A DNA stretch of 64,000 nt from an uncultured Pseudomonadota bacterium (GCA_963770835.1 CAVYRH010000004.1:704001-768000), one strand, 5' to 3'. Counted from the stretch's first letter, positions 20,225 through 29,122 are shown. Notes: generated from the letters alone by a model not told the origin. A program made the numbers and translations.

Positions 20225-20443
20225 ATGTCCAGCATGCTGATCAAAAATATTCCTGAGGAAATCAAGAAAAAGCTCAAGGAACAGGCCGAGCTTAACCACC
20301 GGTCCGTGAATAAACAGGTGGTGTCAATCCTGGAACAAGCGGTCGCTAAACCTGGAATCTCCGCTCTTCCCCCGCCGCTCAAATTGAAATTCCGCCCCAC
20401 GGACGCATGGCTGAACAAGGCCAAACGCTGGGGTCGTCTTTGA
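20225..20443 (+). CDS. Arc/FitA-like ribbon-helix-helix antitoxin
   Basis: MLIKNIPEEIKKKLKEQAELNHRSVN RHH pattern; overlaps the PIN gene. Confidence 0.85.
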   Translation: MSSMLIKNIPEEIKKKLKEQAELNHRSVNKQVVSILEQAVAKPGISALPPPLKLKFRPTDAWLNKAKRWGRL

Positions 20444-20841
20444 TTATCGTCGACGCGAATATCCTGGTTTACCGGATTGTGGAAGGCCAAAAGACCCTGA
20501 TGGCTTTGGCGGTCCAAGAGATGGACCCGGATTGGAAAGTCTCCCCTCTTTGGAAATATGAATTTGGAAATGCCTTGGCTTTAATGATTCATCAAGGGCA
20601 TTTGACGGCCAAAGTGGCCGCTCAATTGTTGGAAACCGGCTTAAAGGCTTTTGAATCCTGTGAAGTACAGGCTGATCCTGATTTGGCGCTTTCCCTGTCG
20701 GTCGAAAAGAAAATAAGCTTTTATGACGCGCAATACTTGGCCCTTGCGAAGTCACTGGGAGTTCCACTGGTGACGGAAGACAAGGGGCTTCGCCGGGTAG
20801 GGACGGGAATGGCAGTCAGCATGGAAGAATTCCTGAATTAA
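20440..20841 (+). CDS. vapC: VapC-family PIN toxin
   Basis: IIVDANIL, SFYDAQYLALA, LVTED; TTG start overlaps the antitoxin stop. Confidence 0.88.
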   Translation: MIIVDANILVYRIVEGQKTLMALAVQEMDPDWKVSPLWKYEFGNALALMIHQGHLTAKVAAQLLETGLKAFESCEVQADPDLALSLSVEKKISFYDAQYLALAKSLGVPLVTEDKGLRRVGTGMAVSMEEFLN

Positions 20842-20870
20842 TGAACCAAGGAACGAAGAATTTATAGCTT

Positions 20871-20990
20871 CTGGACGCCACCAAGGGCATCGGCATCACG
20901 CTGACGGAGGCCCACATGATGGTGCCAGAACAATCCACCAGCACCATCGTTATCCACCACCCCGAGTGCGAGTATTTTGCGGTAAGATAG
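20871..20990 (+). repeat. metH 3'-end copy 1 (displaced tail)
   Basis: 102/120 nt identical to 20040-20159; encodes LDATKGIGITLTEAHMMVPEQSTSTIVIHHPECEYFAVR*. Confidence 0.95.
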
Positions 20991-21032
20991 GCCCCTGTAA
21001 GCCGGGTTTTTGTATTTTAAGGGGAGGAATTT

Positions 21033-23045
21033 ATGAAAAGTTCGCTTTGTTTATTGGGAAAAGTTTTTTCAACCTTGTTTTTCTTTCTGGCCGCCGTTCA
21101 TCCCGGTTTTGCCGACGATTCGGCCAACAGCCTCAATCCTGAAACCCAATACACTCTTCCCTCGGGCGCGAGCTTCAATGTCCCCAAGGGTTGGGATGTC
21201 CAAGCAAAAGGCGGAAGCTTCATTCTCCACGATCCCGAACACCTCGTGACACTTGTGCTCACTGAGAACGAGGAGATAAGCCCCCAGGACGCGCTTCAGA
21301 AAGCGTGGAAAAGTTATAATCCCGATTTCTCCTATGCTGTTGCCACGCATGAATTTCCCAAGAGGGATAAGTGGGACCAGGTTTGCCGGCAATGGTATTT
21401 CGTGCCGAGCGAGCAAGATCCCTATAAAGCCAATGACACCCGGGGGCTTTATGCGTTTGCGGGGAAAAAGGACGACCGTTGGTATGTAGCCTTGATGGAT
21501 TACGACAAAGTCTCCGCGGACAAACGCCAAGCCCAAGTTGAAGTCATCATCGGCAGTTTAAAAATTCCCGGCGCAAAACCCACGCCGACGCCCGCCCAAG
21601 ACGTTCAAATGGACGACAAGTTCTTCAAGACCTTCGAGGATTTCCTGGAACACGCCCGGAATGACTGTAAAGTGCCCGGGGCGGCGGTGGCCATTGTGAA
21701 GGACGGGAAGATCGTTTACGAGAAGGGTTTCGGGGTCTGTGAGAAGGGCAAAAAGGACCCAGTGACGACGAAAACCTTGTTTTCCATCTCCGGCATCACC
21801 GTGCCCCTGACGACACTTTTGATGGCCCGGCTGGTGGACGCGGGGAAAATGAGCTGGGACACCCCCGTCACCCAGCTTTTGCCCGGGTTTCAATTGGGCG
21901 ACCCGAAAACGACGTCGGAACTTACCTTGAAATACACGGTTTGCGCCTGCGCGGGGCTGGCCCGCCAGGACCCCGTACTGGTTTTCCCCACCGGTTACAG
22001 CAGCCCCGAAACGGTCATTGAAAAGATGCTCGCCATTATGCCTACCGCCGGATTCGGGGAAATTTTCCAATCGAGCAACATCCTGGTGGCGACCGGCGGT
22101 TTCGCCGCGGCCCACGCCCTCCATCCGGACCTGCCGCTGGGCCAAGCCTACGCCGCCGCCATGAAGGAATATGTTTTCGACCCCCTGGGAATGGCGGACA
22201 CCACCCTGGATTTCCAATCGGTCGCCGCCAAGGAGCATGGGACTCCCCATTGCTACGTCCGGGATTATGATTACGACACCGTACCCTTGGCTTATGACGA
22301 CTGGACCCTCCCCGTGGCCCCCGCGGTCGGCGCCTGGTCCAACGTCGAGGATATGTCCAAATACCTCCTGCTGGAACTCAACAAAGGCATAGGGCCGGAT
22401 GGAACCCGTGTTGTTTCCGAAGCCAACCTCCTAAAGCGCCGTGAGCCCCACGTGAAAATCAACGAGGATTCCGATTACGGCCTGGGATTGAAAGTTTCGA
22501 ACGACAAGGGAATCACGGTAGTGGGCCAGGGCGGAATTTCCACGGGTTACACTTCCGACATGGTTTTCATGCCGGACCGGAATATGGGGATGGTTTTGCT
22601 GACGAACGCCGACTACGCGGGATATTTCCGTGGCGCCGTTTACCAGAAGCTGATGGAGCTTATTTCCGGAAGGGAGGCCCACGCCCAAGAGAATCTTGAC
22701 TCTGAATTGAGCACCCGGAGGAAGCAAGGACAAATACTAGCGGATTGGGCGAACAGCCAGATGTCCCAGTCTTGGTTTTATGATTTCGTGGGGACTTACT
22801 TTAACGAAGACCTCGGTGCCGTCTCCCTCAAAATGACCAATGAGGGTGGAATTTTCGACGCAGGCAAATGGAAGACTCACGTGGCGGGTACTGCCGGGCG
22901 TAATGGGGAAACCAAGTTCTACCTTACGGATCCCCCCATCATCTGGTCGCAGTTTATTTTGAACGATCAGGACGGGCACAAGACCATGACCTACAAGACG
23001 TCCCAAAAGGACTATGTCTTCGAATGGGTTTCCAAAAACCAGTAA
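21033..23045 (+). CDS. Exported beta-lactamase/serine-hydrolase-fold protein, catalytic motifs degenerate
   Basis: VPGAAVAIVKDG, DPLGM; SxxK position reads ISGITV, YxN position reads QSSN. Confidence 0.8.
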   Translation: MKSSLCLLGKVFSTLFFFLAAVHPGFADDSANSLNPETQYTLPSGASFNVPKGWDVQAKGGSFILHDPEHLVTLVLTENEEISPQDALQKAWKSYNPDFSYAVATHEFPKRDKWDQVCRQWYFVPSEQDPYKANDTRGLYAFAGKKDDRWYVALMDYDKVSADKRQAQVEVIIGSLKIPGAKPTPTPAQDVQMDDKFFKTFEDFLEHARNDCKVPGAAVAIVKDGKIVYEKGFGVCEKGKKDPVTTKTLFSISGITVPLTTLLMARLVDAGKMSWDTPVTQLLPGFQLGDPKTTSELTLKYTVCACAGLARQDPVLVFPTGYSSPETVIEKMLAIMPTAGFGEIFQSSNILVATGGFAAAHALHPDLPLGQAYAAAMKEYVFDPLGMADTTLDFQSVAAKEHGTPHCYVRDYDYDTVPLAYDDWTLPVAPAVGAWSNVEDMSKYLLLELNKGIGPDGTRVVSEANLLKRREPHVKINEDSDYGLGLKVSNDKGITVVGQGGISTGYTSDMVFMPDRNMGMVLLTNADYAGYFRGAVYQKLMELISGREAHAQENLDSELSTRRKQGQILADWANSQMSQSWFYDFVGTYFNEDLGAVSLKMTNEGGIFDAGKWKTHVAGTAGRNGETKFYLTDPPIIWSQFILNDQDGHKTMTYKTSQKDYVFEWVSKNQ

Positions 23046-23069
23046 TTCGGGTCGAATCGGGTTTGATAA

Positions 23070-23150
23070 GCCTTCATAATATTGCCGGAATAATCCACCA
23101 GCGCCATTGTCATCCGCTACCCCGAAAGCGAGTATTTCGCGGCGAGGTAA
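23070..23150 (+). repeat. metH 3'-end copy 2 (degenerate)
   Basis: AFIILPE*STSAIVIRYPESEYFAAR* aligns without gaps to AHMMVPEQSTSAIVIHHPECEYFAVR*. Confidence 0.9.
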
Positions 23151-23174
23151 AAGCTTCAGGAAAAGGAGTTTTGC

Positions 23175-24017
23175 ATGAAGAAGATCGCTTTATCTTTTGC
23201 GCTCGTTTTTCTGGGAGTTTCCAGCGGTTATGCCGCCACCGATAAGGACACGGTCGATTTTTTAAACAAACTCAATGGCCATTACTATTGTTTGATGCGG
23301 GAAGGGCTCCTGGATTTCCAGGCGGGGATCAAGTGCTCTTTTTTTGATGATTATTTAAAACAATGCTCGGCGAAATACGGTCCCGATGATAAGAGGGTCC
23401 AGGAACTCAAAAAGATTAAATTTGTCCTTTCCTGTTCGGGGAAGAATGAGTTTTCCTTTGAGGCCGCTTACGCTGAACCAAGCGGCGACCCGGCTTTCGA
23501 CGAAATCGTTCAAAAAATGATTGGGGTCGTGAAGGGGGCTTTTCAGCAAAACATTTTCCCTTGGCGCTCGAATGTCTTGGAGCCCGTCTTCGGGGCGGAC
23601 GATTACGCGAAATTCGACCTGCAAGTGGAGAAAAAAGACGGCGGATTCGTCATCTATTCCACGGGGGACCAGCCCGTCAGCGAGTACGCCGATAACCAAT
23701 GGAGAATTTACGAAATTGAGGCGGGCGGCAAGGCGAACGTCCAATCCTGCAAGCTCAAATATATGGATACCTCCAAGGGGATGATCTTATCCGAAACCAC
23801 CTCTGAGCTGCCCCAAGTGTCCACCGAGATAAATGCAAAGATGGAGTACCGGTCGGTGGATGGGTTCATGATGCCCAAAAGAATGTTGGTGCACATGAAG
23901 AAAACCGGGGACTCCGGCACCACTAACCTCGATGTGATTTTTGAATTTGTGGATTATCGGATTGATAAAGGCCAGGCGGAAACGAAGCCAACCGATCAAA
24001 CCGAAACGGGATTTTAG
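23175..24017 (+). CDS. Secreted hypothetical protein
   Basis: AAGGAG RBS, MKK signal peptide ending GYA, 280 aa. Confidence 0.75.
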   Translation: MKKIALSFALVFLGVSSGYAATDKDTVDFLNKLNGHYYCLMREGLLDFQAGIKCSFFDDYLKQCSAKYGPDDKRVQELKKIKFVLSCSGKNEFSFEAAYAEPSGDPAFDEIVQKMIGVVKGAFQQNIFPWRSNVLEPVFGADDYAKFDLQVEKKDGGFVIYSTGDQPVSEYADNQWRIYEIEAGGKANVQSCKLKYMDTSKGMILSETTSELPQVSTEINAKMEYRSVDGFMMPKRMLVHMKKTGDSGTTNLDVIFEFVDYRIDKGQAETKPTDQTETGF

Positions 24018-24036
24018 CGATAGCCTTGAGATTTTA

Positions 24037-24086
24037 GGCGCCATCGGCATTCACGAACTGAAAGCAAGTATTTTGCAGTGAGATAA
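24037..24086 (+). repeat. metH 3'-end copy 3 (most degenerate)
   Basis: ggc gcc atc ggc att cac gaa ct- gaa agc aag tat ttt gca gtg aga taa, ending YFAVR*. Confidence 0.75.
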
Positions 24087-24091
24087 GAAGG

Positions 24092-25123
24092 TTGAAATTG
24101 AAAAGATATTTAATACTGGCTCTTATATCCTTGCTTTTCACTTCCGCAAACGCCCAATCCATCAATCCCGTTCATTTTGGATACATCAAGTGGGATAAGG
24201 ACAAGCCGATTGTCCGGTTGGAAATGAATCTTGCACCCTCTATTACGGAAAAAGATCCTGGGGATTTATACGAGCTATTTATAAAAATATTTTTGGAAAA
24301 AGATTTATCCAAACCGGTTTCCGGGATTTACAACTGGCCCAACGAGAAGGATAGGCGTAATCCCCGCACAAAGTTGAAAGAAACACAGCTAACCGAAAGC
24401 CAATTTAAAAGTTTGGCGACTGAGAAAATCGGGGATGTTTATACCCTGGTTAGCCCCGGAGGAATTTGGCAAGCCAAGGTAACGGGTGGAACGATAGCGA
24501 TCGATGAACAATTTGATGATTTGTTCCGGGTTTATTTGGATTTGGAAATCGATCATTTTAAGCCCCCCATTGAAACGGCGGGAAAATCGAGGGTTGAAAC
24601 TGTAGGATTCGTTGGAAGTCATACGGTGAGCAATTTAAAGAGTTATGAGCAAGTATCCCTTGGACAAGACCAACAAATGGGCATTGAAAAACTTTTACGG
24701 GCCAAAATAAAAAAAGGGTTTAATGATTATTATTTTAACTATTTTCGAAACGGCCCGGATTTGATGGTTGTGGCCGACAATGTTGCCGTGGATGGATCTG
24801 AAAAGAAATATGAAGGAGATTACGAAGAAGTTGCCAAGTTCCAATCGGCGGTCTATTTACTCAGGGATGGACAGCTTCTGGATATTTTTCCAGCCAAAGT
24901 GGCCCGTAATAATGAGGTCGATACGCCTTCTTCTTACAAAGCTTTGTATCGGTTTGAAGTTGATGGCGAGAAATATGAATGTATCGAGGAAGATGGGCAA
25001 TCTTGCTGTACCGGGGGACCTTTTTCGCAGTATCACGTTTTTAAATTTAACCCCAAAACGACTTCTTTTAAAGAGATCGGAGAAAGTCGGGATTATCCAC
25101 TTTGCATGGAGTTGTTTCTTTAA
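24092..25123 (+). CDS. Secreted hypothetical protein, AT-rich
   Basis: Signal peptide ending ANA, 343 aa; visibly lower GC than metH. Confidence 0.7.
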   Translation: MKLKRYLILALISLLFTSANAQSINPVHFGYIKWDKDKPIVRLEMNLAPSITEKDPGDLYELFIKIFLEKDLSKPVSGIYNWPNEKDRRNPRTKLKETQLTESQFKSLATEKIGDVYTLVSPGGIWQAKVTGGTIAIDEQFDDLFRVYLDLEIDHFKPPIETAGKSRVETVGFVGSHTVSNLKSYEQVSLGQDQQMGIEKLLRAKIKKGFNDYYFNYFRNGPDLMVVADNVAVDGSEKKYEGDYEEVAKFQSAVYLLRDGQLLDIFPAKVARNNEVDTPSSYKALYRFEVDGEKYECIEEDGQSCCTGGPFSQYHVFKFNPKTTSFKEIGESRDYPLCMELFL

Positions 25124-25209
25124 CCAATGCCCACATGATGGTGCCCGTACAATCCACCAGCGCCATCGTTATCCATAATCCGGATTGCGAATGCTTCGCG
25201 ATTAGATAA
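25120..25209 (+). repeat. metH 3'-end copy 4
   Basis: LTNAHMMVPVQSTSAIVIHNPDCECFAIR*; overlaps the stop codon of the preceding gene. Confidence 0.92.
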
Positions 25210-25777
25210 TTTTCTGCCGACCTAAAATTTAGATGGCATGTATTTTTTATTAACATTAATTATTTTTTTCAAATTCGATTGAACAATTTTTTAATTCAAA
25301 CCAAGTTAAGGATGCTTTTTTTATTTCACCGAAAACAGACATGATTTCTCCACGTTGGGAAAATTTGAGTTTTGGACATGAACTTATATTCACATCAAAA
25401 TTTATCATAGGATAATTGAAGGTATTTCCGATTTCAGAGGCAACAACAGTAACCATTCCTTCTTTGAGAGCGGAGGAAACAGAATGAAGTCGGACCTTCC
25501 AAGCAATTTTAAAGTTTTTGTATTCTTCACTCATTTTTTCTTGTTGATACGGCGGTAATTTATTCAATTGTTTTGAAATTTCCGTTGGGGTTGGATCAGT
25601 ATGGTATGAATTTTTTTGATCGAGTTTACTTTTTTCAATCATGACAACAGGAGATTCGGGATTTGATGTTTTTGGTTTTTGATTAGTGGAAGGCGCAGAA
25701 TTGTAATTGTTTTGAATTATTACATTCGCATTATTTTGTTGGTTCGAAGAGCCGGGAGAATTTTCATTATTTAAATT

Positions 25778-26948
25778 GTAACCTCTGAAAAACTCCTTCG
25801 TCTAAATGCTGAAATATAATAGCAGCATTCCAGACGGAGGGATTCCATGCAAATCAGCTTCGGGATGTACGAGGACAAGAACCGGCGACTCAAAAAGACC
25901 ATGCTAGAGGAAGTGGATAAGGTTCTGGACTTTCCGAAGATCGAGAAATTGCTGATGGAAATGTACCGGGGCAACACGGGGAGACCTCCCATCCCGCCTT
26001 TGATCTTGTTTAAATGCCTTTTGCTGGAATCCTGGTACGGCCTGTCGGATGTGGAAGTAGTCCAAGAAATCCACGACCGGCGCAGTTTTGAGCGGTTCGT
26101 GGGTGAAGGGGTGCGAGAGTACCACGTCGACGACACCACTTTGGTGAAGTTTCGGGAAAGACTCCGGGAAGCCGGTTTGATAGACCGGGTTTGGGGGGCC
26201 GTGCAACAGGGTTTAGATCGCAAAGGACTTTTGGTCAAGAAAGGGGCCATTGTGGACTCCACCCTGGTGGAAGGAGCCTGTAAACCGGAATCCAAGGATC
26301 AAGAGGGAAAGCCGGTGGATGAAGATGTTCATTACACCTCCCGGCAAGGAAAAGCCGTGGATGGGATGAAGGTTCATGTGGGTCAGGACGAGAAAAGCGG
26401 CCTGATTCGAAAGATGGATCTAAGTCATATTGAGGAACACGATCACGAACATTTCAAAGACATGGTTCCTCGCGGGGTAGAACAGGCATTTGCTGACAAG
26501 GCTTACCGGTCGGCGCAACACGATGAATATTTGGAGGAACGAGGGATTCGGAATCGAGTGTTACATCGTGTTTGGCGGGGACAGAAGCTGACCCAGAGGC
26601 AATTAAAGCAAAACAAGGTTTGGGGCCGTGTGAGGTGCGGGATCGAGGCGACAATGAGTACCTTGAAGCGGTGGTGTTCGATGGGACGAATGAGGTACTA
26701 CGGGATGGCCCGAAACAAGATTTGGGTGTTGATCTGTGGCATCGCATTTAATGGGAAAAGAGCCGTAAAGTTGGCGGCGGCCTGAGCTAAGGGGAGTTTT
26801 TTCAGAGGCAGATGACGCAAGAAGGGTCGAAAAAGGAGTTCTAGGAGTAAGTGCAACACCTTTGGAGAAACAAAAACATCTCCAAGCGGGGTTGAAAACC
26901 CTGGTGAGAAGAGTTTCAAACCAAAACAGGGAGTTTTTCAGAGGTTAC
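25778..26948 (+). mobile_element. IS5-family insertion sequence, 1171 bp
   Basis: Perfect 19-bp terminal inverted repeats GTAACCTCTGAAAAACTCC / GGAGTTTTTCAGAGGTTAC, flanked by AAATT direct repeats. Confidence 0.92.
25847..26785 (+). CDS. IS5-family DDE transposase
   Basis: GRPP, WYGLSD, DDTTLVKFR, IVDST, ADKAY, RCGIE. Confidence 0.92.
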   Translation: MQISFGMYEDKNRRLKKTMLEEVDKVLDFPKIEKLLMEMYRGNTGRPPIPPLILFKCLLLESWYGLSDVEVVQEIHDRRSFERFVGEGVREYHVDDTTLVKFRERLREAGLIDRVWGAVQQGLDRKGLLVKKGAIVDSTLVEGACKPESKDQEGKPVDEDVHYTSRQGKAVDGMKVHVGQDEKSGLIRKMDLSHIEEHDHEHFKDMVPRGVEQAFADKAYRSAQHDEYLEERGIRNRVLHRVWRGQKLTQRQLKQNKVWGRVRCGIEATMSTLKRWCSMGRMRYYGMARNKIWVLICGIAFNGKRAVKLAAA

Positions 26949-27181
26949 AAATTATTATTTTGCTTTTTGGGTTTTCCCTGTAAGAAATAGACGAGAACTG
27001 CAACGCCGACTCCAGAGAATATCCAAGGAATGTTATTTTTTAGAATCTGAATCAAAGAGATTTTATCCATTGATTTGATCGTACAAGTTAGCTCTTTATT
27101 AAATCAAGCGAAAAAGCCTGGTGAAAGGTCTGGACATGAAAAAGAATTTTAGCCAGTTAGCTTTCAACGGGACCTCCAGAC

Positions 27182-27253
27182 TTAAACTATTTTATTCTTC
27201 CTCATCCAAAGAATCGCGCCCATGTGATCGCGGCCATACCAAGCGTTGGCGTC
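27182..27253 (-). repeat. Degenerate copy of the yfiT-like 3' end
   Basis: DANAWYGRDHMGAILWMRKNKIV* aligns without gaps to GTYAWHGRHHTGQILWMRESKRV*. Confidence 0.85.
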
Positions 27254-27702
27254 TAGCCTTTAAGGACCTTCTTCAAAAGATCTTTAAAGCCCAAAAACAG
27301 TGACGTCTTAGAAGGCTTCCGCCCTGGTTCTGGGATGGCCGCCATAGGCGGTTGTTGGGAGAGTTCATTTGTTTGGCTGGGGACGGGGGCCTTTGGGGCC
27401 AAATCCTCCGGGGTGGCGACGCGGTAGCGGATGCTCCTTCCGCCCCCCATCCGTATGATCCTTTTTGTCTTTAAGAGCCGCATCAGGGTATAAGTGAGCG
27501 TGCTACGGGCCCAGCCAAATTCCTTAGCCATCTCGCTGGGAACGGCCTCCCCCCGCTGTTTGATGAACTCCACGAGTTTATCCAGTTCCCAGTGACTCCT
27601 ATATCCACCCCTTTTCTGGGATTGCCGCGTTGGTTTTGGGGCCGGTTCCTGCCCTCTTGCGGTGGAATTTGCGGCCTGGTCATCCGGAAGAGTGAAAGTC
27701 AT
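27253..27702 (-). CDS. Winged-HTH DNA-binding protein
   Basis: PSEMAKEFGWARSTLTYTLMRL...GGGRSIRY; AAGGAG RBS. Confidence 0.75.
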   Translation of the reverse strand: MTFTLPDDQAANSTARGQEPAPKPTRQSQKRGGYRSHWELDKLVEFIKQRGEAVPSEMAKEFGWARSTLTYTLMRLLKTKRIIRMGGGRSIRYRVATPEDLAPKAPVPSQTNELSQQPPMAAIPEPGRKPSKTSLFLGFKDLLKKVLKG

Positions 27703-27712
27703 AAGCGCTCCT

Positions 27713-27866
27713 TATTCTGCCAATAATATGCGCAGCGCATATTATTGGCAGAATAGGCGGGTTCAAAAACGGGTTGGTGCCCAAGATTTAGAATTAATCT
27801 GCCAATAATATCAGCCGCTGATATTATTGGCAGAATAGCCGGGTTGAAATCAAGAGATTGCCCAAA
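27713..27866. repeat. Two tandem ~82-bp units, each with a long perfect palindrome
   Basis: 21-bp arms at 27713-27755 and 18-bp arms at 27798-27834; shared TCTGCCAATAATAT. Confidence 0.9.
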
Positions 27867-28382
27867 TTAAAGCTTTTTGTTTTCCCTCATCCAAAGAACC
27901 TGGCCTGTGTGGTGGAGGCCATGCCAGGCATAGGTGCCCAAAGCCGTTGAAAGCTTGGTGGCCTGGTTGTTCCGGGGGTTGATATAGGCCCGGGCGAACT
28001 CTTCCTCCGTCATGGACCGCATCAACTGCGCCCATTGGCGATGAAGCCCCTCGAGCAAGCCCAAGGGCCCCTCGACCGGCCCCGTTTTTGATTCCACCAA
28101 ATCCACCAATTTATTCCTGTCGTAACCCTTCGTCACCGGCTGTTCCTCGGTCAGCGCCAATTTAAAGTTGACGTAGCCAAACGTATGGCTATCCGCCAAG
28201 TGGTGGACGATCTGGCGGATGGTCCAGTTCTTATACTTCGTGTCCAGTTGGGCGTCCGAGAGGCCCGCCACGGCTTCCCGGAGGGCTTGGGGGGCCTTTT
28301 CGATAATGGCGATCAATTCTTTTATGGGCGGGTTTTCTTCCGTATTTGGGTTGGGTCCGACGGGGTAATCAGGGGCTTCCAT
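27867..28382 (-). CDS. YfiT/DinB-family metal-dependent thiol transferase, copy 2
   Basis: WTIRQIVHHLADSH, YAWHGLHH; start MEAPDYP set by homology with copy 1. Confidence 0.9.
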   Translation of the reverse strand: MEAPDYPVGPNPNTEENPPIKELIAIIEKAPQALREAVAGLSDAQLDTKYKNWTIRQIVHHLADSHTFGYVNFKLALTEEQPVTKGYDRNKLVDLVESKTGPVEGPLGLLEGLHRQWAQLMRSMTEEEFARAYINPRNNQATKLSTALGTYAWHGLHHTGQVLWMRENKKL

Positions 28383-28447
28383 GGTTTTCTCCTCGGTTTT
28401 GGGATTGGAAGGCTTATAGTAAGCCAAAATTTAATGGAGGTTTCAAT

Positions 28448-29017
28448 ATGTTCAGCAAGTATGCCGCCTTCATAACGGTCCTGTTCCTAGCTTATTCCAT
28501 TTGCGGAGCCCAAACGGTCCAACCTACCACCGCCCCGGCGCCTGCGGCGGGGAAACGCAAGCCCATCACCATGGAATGGGGGGGCCTGAACGGTATTCAT
28601 TATTACTATGCGGGGTACAAAGCCGATGGGGTGGAGGGATTATCGGGCATCATCACATCCCTGCATGACCCCGAGGCCACCCGGCTGGTCGCCGCCGCCC
28701 GGAATGACGAAAATACGGGGGGGCTTTTCACGGTGGGGGGGCTGGTTTTCCTCGCCGCCGGGGCCATCGTTGTGGGTACGGACCCCAATTCCCAAAAGAC
28801 CACCCAAGACATCGACGGACGGCAAGCGGCGGGCTTGGGGATGAGCCTGGCCGGTTTGGTGGGAGGGGTTTTCGGCCTGCTCAACCTGGATGATGCCAAG
28901 GCCGACGAGTTCAACGCGGTCCAGCGTTACAACGCCGTCGTGCGGGGGGAGGACGAAACCTCCTGGAACCTTCCCGATCCCGGGCTGCGGACAAAGCTTC
29001 TGACTTTGAAGTTCTAG
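28448..29017 (+). CDS. Exported/membrane hypothetical protein, paralog A
   Basis: GGAGG RBS; similar to 30532-31098 (KRKPI, LxDPEA, AVQRYNA, WNLP..LLTLKF). Confidence 0.75.
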   Translation: MFSKYAAFITVLFLAYSICGAQTVQPTTAPAPAAGKRKPITMEWGGLNGIHYYYAGYKADGVEGLSGIITSLHDPEATRLVAAARNDENTGGLFTVGGLVFLAAGAIVVGTDPNSQKTTQDIDGRQAAGLGMSLAGLVGGVFGLLNLDDAKADEFNAVQRYNAVVRGEDETSWNLPDPGLRTKLLTLKF

Positions 29018-29122
29018 CTTTTCCCAGGTTCCCAAAGTAAGCATTTTTCAAGTTTTCAGATGGGAAGATAATCCTCGAAGCATTCCGCCATTTGTTGAAA
29101 ACCAACCAGTAGCGGGCAAAAG

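Larger units (their letters stand above)
25256..27070 (-). pseudogene. Membrane-anchored protein (possible OB-fold C-terminus) split by the IS
   Basis: Removing the IS and one AAATT joins MDKISLIQ..WIFSGVGVAVLVYFL..QNNNL to NNENSPG..MIEKSK in frame (212 aa). Confidence 0.85.

Noticed and set aside
20040..20990. Diversity-generating retroelement TR/VR pair
   Set aside because: Differences are mostly third-position synonymous and not adenine-specific; no reverse transcriptase is visible.
20040..25209. CRISPR array or classical integron
   Set aside because: The repeats are coding-derived, vary in length, are spaced 0.8-2.2 kb apart and show no attC-type symmetry; no cas or intI gene is in the window.
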